This document shows positions 58,797 to 64,000 of a DNA stretch of 64,000 nt, piece by piece (within the stretch, counting starts at the first letter, position 1; every line of letters starts with the position of its first letter). The DNA comes from an uncultured Verrucomicrobiae bacterium (lineage in GTDB: Bacteria > Verrucomicrobiota > Verrucomicrobiia > Limisphaerales > Palsa-1400), in the NCBI GenBank assembly GCA_963707025.1, contig CAVPOM010000006.1:704001-768000 (forward strand), read 5' to 3'. The position numbers and the translations under genes are program-made. Under the pieces are notes generated by a model. That model saw only the letters and a program-made list of their open reading frames with translations, did no database searches and was not told the origin of the DNA.

Positions 58797-60088
58797 TGAA
58801 TTCTCGCCAAAATATGGCCGGGCGCAACCGCCGCGGTCAAGCCGCGCAACTGATTCTCTTTCGCCGGCTCCAGTTGGCGTCCCAGCTTCTCAAAAAACTC
58901 GTTTTTGGCGGGGACCGTTGGGAAAGAGCTGGCGGCCCACGGGCTGAGGTAGCCCAAGCCGCTCTGGCGCTGCAAGACCGAGTGAGCATAGAAGATATGC
59001 GCGCCGCGCAGGAACACCGGCGCCAGCGGCTTGAGTTCCGCCGTTTCAAATGAATCCACGAACTTGTTGCCCGGGGAATTCATCTCAGTGCCGACGATGA
59101 TGGGGAAGTGATGCTTGTCCGCCAGGGCGACGACCTCGTGGAGTTTCTGGAGTTTCTGGTCGCGCCGGCCGGGGGTATAGTTGCGGTCGGGGATGAGATT
59201 CAGCGCCGCCGCGCCGGAGGCCATGCCCAGGGCGAACAGCTCCTCCATGCACTGCTCCCCCTGGCTGGCGCCGTCCAGCCAGGCCAGCGTGGGAATGGCG
59301 CCGGACTGGAGGACGAAACGGTTCATGTCAGCCAGCAAAGGAAAGGAGCCTTCGCCCGGCTGCACGTAGCCCACGCCGCCTTGCTTCATCGTCCTGGCGC
59401 GAATGAGGTTCTGGAGATTGGCGCCGGGGGACGGGGCGTCGCCGAGTTTTTGTTTCCAAAATGCGGCGCGGTCGGCGGGGTCGGGAAAGACCTGGGCGGC
59501 CTTGCGCTCGAAGGCTTCGCAGAGGTGGCGCTCGGTGGCATTGCCCTGCGGCGTGATGGCCGCCACGTCCTTCTCGTAATCCAGTTCGACCGGCCGCAGG
59601 TAGCGGTTGACCCGGGCCAGCAGATCGCGAGTGCGTTGGGCGGCGGCCCCGCGCATCCGGGCCAGAAACGGATGCGGCGCGGCGCTGGTGAAGCCCACGC
59701 CCATGTGATAGGCGATCCCTGGTTCGCCGGGAGAATTGATGACGCGCGCGGCAAACTCCGGGACAAAAGTGCGCGATTCCAGGCTGACGCAGGTTTTCAG
59801 GCCCAGGAGACGCCCGGCTTCCAGAAATTCTTCCAGGCCGTCCAGCACATCGAAGTCAACAATGCCCGCCGCGGCCAAGCCGGCCTTGCGCGCCAGCCAG
59901 GCAAATTTGGAGGGAGAATAGCCATAGGCATTGTAGGAAAAGAAAGTGTGCGCGTGGAGATTGACGGCGGTTCCCGGCTGCGGCAGTGTCGTCCGCCCGT
60001 CGCCGACCTGCCGCCAGAGGGCGGCCAGCGCGCGGCGGCGCTGCGCCGCATCAAAACTATCGAGTTGTTGTTCCAGTGATTCGGTCAT
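58793..60088 (-). CDS. PHP-domain metallohydrolase
   Basis: VNLHAHTFFS, GIVDFD, GTEMNSP. Confidence 0.72.
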   Translation of the reverse strand: MTESLEQQLDSFDAAQRRRALAALWRQVGDGRTTLPQPGTAVNLHAHTFFSYNAYGYSPSKFAWLARKAGLAAAGIVDFDVLDGLEEFLEAGRLLGLKTCVSLESRTFVPEFAARVINSPGEPGIAYHMGVGFTSAAPHPFLARMRGAAAQRTRDLLARVNRYLRPVELDYEKDVAAITPQGNATERHLCEAFERKAAQVFPDPADRAAFWKQKLGDAPSPGANLQNLIRARTMKQGGVGYVQPGEGSFPLLADMNRFVLQSGAIPTLAWLDGASQGEQCMEELFALGMASGAAALNLIPDRNYTPGRRDQKLQKLHEVVALADKHHFPIIVGTEMNSPGNKFVDSFETAELKPLAPVFLRGAHIFYAHSVLQRQSGLGYLSPWAASSFPTVPAKNEFFEKLGRQLEPAKENQLRGLTAAVAPGHILARIQ

Positions 60089-60147
60089 CGGCAAAATTTC
60101 TCAAGCAAGCTGAGGGCGGCAGGTTAGCGCGGACAGCGTCGAGATCA

Positions 60148-60179
60148 ATCCAAAAAGGCCGCGACATCCAAAAAGGCCG
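60148..60179. repeat. 14-bp direct repeat upstream of the PHP operon
   Basis: atccaaaaaggccg at 60148-60161 and 60166-60179. Confidence 0.7.
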
Positions 60180-60356
60180 GGAGGGGAGGGCGCGACGGCC
60201 ACGGTCTGTCTGTGACCGGTGAACGGCGCCGGGTTGGCATACCAACGCCTGCATCGGGCGATAAAACAACCGGGACAGACGGCGGCGTTGGCCCTGGCCT
60301 GGCTGGGCGATGAGATTTGCCGGCCAGAGGCGGGACCAGCCGGGAGCCGTCTGCAC

Positions 60357-61664
60357 CTAGAGCAAATTGGCGGCCAGTTCGGCCAGTTCGGAGCGTTCGC
60401 CTTTCTGGAGTTCGATGTGGGCGGAGATGGATTGGTGGCGGAATTTGCTGACGATGTAGTTGAAACCGTTGGAGGTGGAATCCACATAGGGATTGTCAAT
60501 CTGGTAAGGGTCGCCGGTGAAGATGATCTTGGTGCCCTGGCCCACCCGGGTGATGATGGTCTTGACCTCCAGGGGCGTGAGGTTCTGCGCCTCGTCAATG
60601 ACCATGAATTGGTGGGCGATGCTGCGGCCGCGAATGTAGCTCAGGGCTTCGACCACGATGGTGCCCGAGCGCATCAGGTCGGTGCTGCGCCGGTGGTCGG
60701 TGCCCATGTTCAAATCGCTCAACAATTCCAGCGCGTCGTGAATCGGCTGCATCCACGGATTCAGTTTTTCCTCCAGTGTGCCGGGGAGGAAACCGATTTC
60801 GCGGCCGACGGGGACGGTGGGGCGGGCGACGATCAAGCGGCGGAATTCGCGGTCCATGACGGTGCGCTTGAGACCGGCGGCCATGGCCAGGAGGGTTTTG
60901 CCGGTGCCGGCCTTGCCCATGAGGGTGACCAGTTTGATGCGGTCGTCGAGCAAGGCGTCGAAGGCGAAATGCTGCTCGCGGTTGCGCGGCTTGATGCCCC
61001 AGATGCCTTCGCGGCAATCGAGGATGGGGACCAGTTTGGCGGCGGCCTGGTCCACCTTGGCCAGGGCGGTGCGCTTGGGGTTGGTTTCCTCGGTCAAGGT
61101 GCAGAATTCGTTGGGGGAGAATTTGCCGTGGCCGTTGAGGTCCAGTTCGCCCTCGGCGCGGAACCGGGCCATTTTATCGGCGGGGATGTTGAGATCGAAC
61201 ATGCCGGTGTAGAGGTCGGTGAGAGGAACACGGTCGCTTTCGTAGTCTTCGGCCTCCAGGCCGACGATGTCGGCCTTGAGGCGGAGGTTGACGTCCTTGG
61301 AGACGAGGATGGCGGGGATTTTCGGCTCGGCCTTTTGGATGGCGAGGGCGAGATTGAGGATGCGGTTATCAACACTATTATTGCCAAAGACCGAATCGGG
61401 GTCGTCGCCCCGGCCGTGAAAGATGATGCGGAGTTTGCCGCCGTTTTCCAGCCGGACCCCCTTGTTGAGGTGGCCTTTGGCGCGCAGGGCGTCCAGGGAG
61501 CGGGACACGGTGCGGGCATTCTGGCCCAGCTCGGTGGATTCGCGTTTGAAGCGGTCCACCTCCTCGATCACCTCGATGGGGATGAGAACGGCGTTGTCCT
61601 TGAAGCAAAGGAGGGAATGGGGGTCGTGCAGGAGGACATTGGTGTCAAGAATGTAATTTTTCAC
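60357..61664 (-). CDS. PhoH2 (PIN + PhoH ATPase) protein
   Basis: YILDTNVLLHDP, DNRIL, SKDVNLR, GKAGTGKT, YIRGRSI, IDEAQN; GTG start. Confidence 0.9.
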   Translation of the reverse strand: MKNYILDTNVLLHDPHSLLCFKDNAVLIPIEVIEEVDRFKRESTELGQNARTVSRSLDALRAKGHLNKGVRLENGGKLRIIFHGRGDDPDSVFGNNSVDNRILNLALAIQKAEPKIPAILVSKDVNLRLKADIVGLEAEDYESDRVPLTDLYTGMFDLNIPADKMARFRAEGELDLNGHGKFSPNEFCTLTEETNPKRTALAKVDQAAAKLVPILDCREGIWGIKPRNREQHFAFDALLDDRIKLVTLMGKAGTGKTLLAMAAGLKRTVMDREFRRLIVARPTVPVGREIGFLPGTLEEKLNPWMQPIHDALELLSDLNMGTDHRRSTDLMRSGTIVVEALSYIRGRSIAHQFMVIDEAQNLTPLEVKTIITRVGQGTKIIFTGDPYQIDNPYVDSTSNGFNYIVSKFRHQSISAHIELQKGERSELAELAANLL

Positions 61665-62328
61665 GGTTCGGAACGGTTTTGCCGGCCTTGGACATGCGCC
61701 CGTGCCATTCGTGCAAGCGCCCGTGCGGGGCGGGCAGTTGGTAGTGCCCGGAATAAAGGAAGCAGGCCAGCATCCCCCAGAGGTCGAAATCCACAAAGTG
61801 CGGTTCGTCGCGCAAGAGGAAGGGCCTGGTGGCCAGCATCAACTCAAAGGGAACCAGGTTCTGGGTGAGCTGCTCGATCCAGGACAATTGCTGGGCGCGC
61901 CATTGTTCCAGGCAGCCGCGGCCAAACTTGCGCTCCTTGTGCCGCCGGTAGGCCAGTCGTTCCGCCGGGGGCACCATTTCCTCAAAATAAATGTCGTTGA
62001 GCCGGAAGCACGGGCCTTCGATCTGGTCTTCGATGTTGCGCCAGACCAGGCGGTCAATGCCCTGCCAGGGCTTGGGGAACAGATTGAGCTGGAACTTGGC
62101 GTCCAGGTACTTGGCGATGATTTGGGAAAAGTCGTCGGTTTCAAATACCACCGTGTGGCCATCCTTGATGATGGGCACCCCGTAATAGCGCTGCCGGCTG
62201 AGCCGCCAGACGCGGGAGCGGTCGGAAGGCGCGATATTGGTCGTTTTGAACGGCATGCCGGAGTATTCCAGGATGCGGCGCTGGACCAGACAGAACGGGC
62301 TCCATGGAAATTGGATAAGTTCGATCAT
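61645..62328 (-). CDS. Glutathione S-transferase-family protein
   Basis: FPWSPFC, VPIIKDG, SQIIAKYLD, PFLL..P.FVDFDL. Confidence 0.8.
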   Translation of the reverse strand: MIELIQFPWSPFCLVQRRILEYSGMPFKTTNIAPSDRSRVWRLSRQRYYGVPIIKDGHTVVFETDDFSQIIAKYLDAKFQLNLFPKPWQGIDRLVWRNIEDQIEGPCFRLNDIYFEEMVPPAERLAYRRHKERKFGRGCLEQWRAQQLSWIEQLTQNLVPFELMLATRPFLLRDEPHFVDFDLWGMLACFLYSGHYQLPAPHGRLHEWHGRMSKAGKTVPNREKLHS

Positions 62329-62352
62329 CTCTGTGGGCTAAACCACCCGGTC

Positions 62353-62381
62353 AGACTAACGGCGCGCGGCGGCCCTTGCAA
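62353..62381 (-). promoter_or_regulatory. Sigma-70-type promoter for the gst-phoH2 pair
   Basis: Minus strand TTGCAA-N17-TAGTCT. Confidence 0.5.
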
Positions 62382-62603
62382 GAAAAGTTTGGGCGTAAAG
62401 TCCGGTGCCCGCATCCGGGACGGCTTGCCTGGGAGCGGGACCGTCCTCCCGCCGCTGGCAACCAGGGTCTGACACCGGCCAGCTCCCGATTCTCAGTAAA
62501 TTTCAGTTGATTTCAGGCCTGACCTGCCCAAAAATCCGATCCTCTCAGCGCCGCCATAGTCAAGAATCATGCAACGCCAACCAGATGCTCAGTCCGCCGT
62601 TTT

Positions 62604-63605
62604 ATGGGAACCGCACCAATGAGCCAGCCCAGCCGCATCTCCTTTGCCATGCTTCCGCTGATTCTGGTATTGACTGGATGGCTGCACATGGGCGCGCTGC
62701 TGCTCTCGGTGTTGTTTTCCTATTTTGCCATCGCCAAGCTGGATTTCCTCAAGCCCCGGGGCAAATGGCTGGCGGTGGCCCTGTTTCTGGCGCTGCTGGC
62801 CGGTCTGGCCTACGGGCTGACCTATTTTATCCAGGCCACCGTCCAGGCCCTGCCCAACATTGCGGAGAAGGCGGTGCCCGCCATCATGCAATGGGCCTCC
62901 GACCACAAGATCAAGCTGCCGTTCACCGATCTGGACAGCTTGAAGGACCGGGCCTTCGAGTTCGCGCGCAGCCAGGCGAGCAATCTGGGCAAGTTCGCCG
63001 ACTTCGCGCGCGGGGCCACCACGCAGTTTGTCTATTTGGTGGTTGGCTGCCTGGTGGCCATCGGATTGTTTCTCAATCCGCGGCTGGAACACGGTGACCC
63101 CGCCGGCGCGCCCGTCCCCAACTTGTACTCCCTGTGTTGCGAAGAAATCAGCCGGCGTTTCGCCACCTTTTACCGCAGCTTTGACATCGTCATGAACGCC
63201 CAGGTCGCCATCTCCGCCATTGACGCGGTGCTGACGGGCATCTTCATGGCCTGCCAGGGCCTGCCCCACCTGGTGGTCGCGGTCGGAGTCACCTTTCTTT
63301 GCGGCCTGATTCCGGTGGTGGGCAATCTGGTGAGCAACACCCTGGTGGTGGCGGTTGGGTTCATGGTTTCCCCGGCCAAGGGATTGTGGGCCCTGGCTTT
63401 TTTGGTCTTCATCCACCAATTGGAATACCTCCTGCGCAGCAAAATCATCGGCGCCAAAACCCGCACCTCCCTCTGGCTGACGCTGCTGGCTTTGTTGCTG
63501 GGCGAAAGGCTCATGGGCATCACCGGCATGATGCTCGCCCCGGCCGTGCTGCATTACATTCGCATCGAAGCCTCGATAATCACAGTCAATCCTAATAATG
63601 GCTGA
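62604..63605 (+). CDS. AI-2E family transporter
   Basis: Multiple TM helices; GLIPVVGN, LEYLLRSKIIG, GITGMMLAP. Confidence 0.82.
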   Translation: MGTAPMSQPSRISFAMLPLILVLTGWLHMGALLLSVLFSYFAIAKLDFLKPRGKWLAVALFLALLAGLAYGLTYFIQATVQALPNIAEKAVPAIMQWASDHKIKLPFTDLDSLKDRAFEFARSQASNLGKFADFARGATTQFVYLVVGCLVAIGLFLNPRLEHGDPAGAPVPNLYSLCCEEISRRFATFYRSFDIVMNAQVAISAIDAVLTGIFMACQGLPHLVVAVGVTFLCGLIPVVGNLVSNTLVVAVGFMVSPAKGLWALAFLVFIHQLEYLLRSKIIGAKTRTSLWLTLLALLLGERLMGITGMMLAPAVLHYIRIEASIITVNPNNG

Positions 63606-63690
63606 GCGCGGGCGGAGCCGCCCCTGGCTTTCCCGGCCGCCCGGCAAAATTTGACTTTGAATCGCGGGGCGGAAAGTCCATTGTGCGCGC

Positions 63691-64000
63691 ATGGAAGCGG
63701 TTGATCAGTTGGACGAAATCCTGAGTTGCCGGCTGGACGCCGGCCGCAGAACGGTCGAGCCTTGCACCATGGTCATCTTCGGCGCCAGCGGCGATTTGAC
63801 CGCGCGCAAACTCATCCCCGCGCTCTACCATCTCTGCGCCGAAAGTCAGATGCCCAATCCTTTCCGCATCGTCGGCTTCGCCCGGCGCGACAAAACCAGA
63901 CGAATCCTGGCGGGAGGAATTGCGCCAGGCCACTAGTTTTCCCGCACCCAGCCGGTGGACGAGGCCGCCCAATGGGAGGCCTTCGCGCCCAATCTGTTTT
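63691..64000 (+). CDS. zwf: Glucose-6-phosphate 1-dehydrogenase, 5' part; frameshift at ~63898; runs off the window end
   Basis: [26 protein letters not shown], then DESWREELR in the shifted frame. Confidence 0.85.

Noticed and set aside
1..64000. tRNA, rRNA, transposase, integrase or prophage genes
   Set aside because: None recognisable; nearly all the sequence is accounted for by metabolic CDSs.

Overview
GC-rich bacterial window, probably Verrucomicrobiota (inferred from the protein families present, a PEP-CTERM gene and the pilin type). It is almost entirely energy metabolism. (1) 1-4144: a complex I-like operon ordered nuoA-B-C-D-I-H, with no nuoEFG in view and a lone feoA-domain gene upstream. 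(2) 4434-28560: hemA followed by a ~22-kb putative extracellular electron transfer (EET) island carrying 54 heme-binding motifs by my count. It holds two paralogous nonaheme cytochromes, an MtrA/DmsE-like lipoprotein plus a beta-barrel porin, two monoheme cytochromes, two tetraheme+NrfC+NrfD modules, ImcH-like and CbcL-like quinol dehydrogenases, and a pilin with a sigma-54-type promoter. One NrfD has a cyclic-nucleotide-binding domain inserted in a loop, and its partner cytochrome carries two copies of a ~120-aa inserted domain. (3) 28547-32150: mbfA, adk, a REP doublet and a CnrYXH-like metal-sensing ECF system. (4) 32552-49545: an acyl-CoA ligase/GNAT fusion, a group 4 [NiFe]-hydrogenase operon led by an atypical FdhF-like protein and AsrAB/HydBG-like subunits and interrupted by a PEP-CTERM gene and an inverted microsatellite element, then hypAB and ilvB. 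(5) 49560-60088: an uncharacterised sugar/polyol catabolic cluster ending in a 2-oxoacid/acetoin-type dehydrogenase complex. (6) PhoH2, GST, an AI-2E transporter and the start of zwf. Many single-base frameshifts, very dense at 49.6-54.4 kb, look like sequencing or assembly errors. All family calls come from motif recognition by eye; no searches were run.
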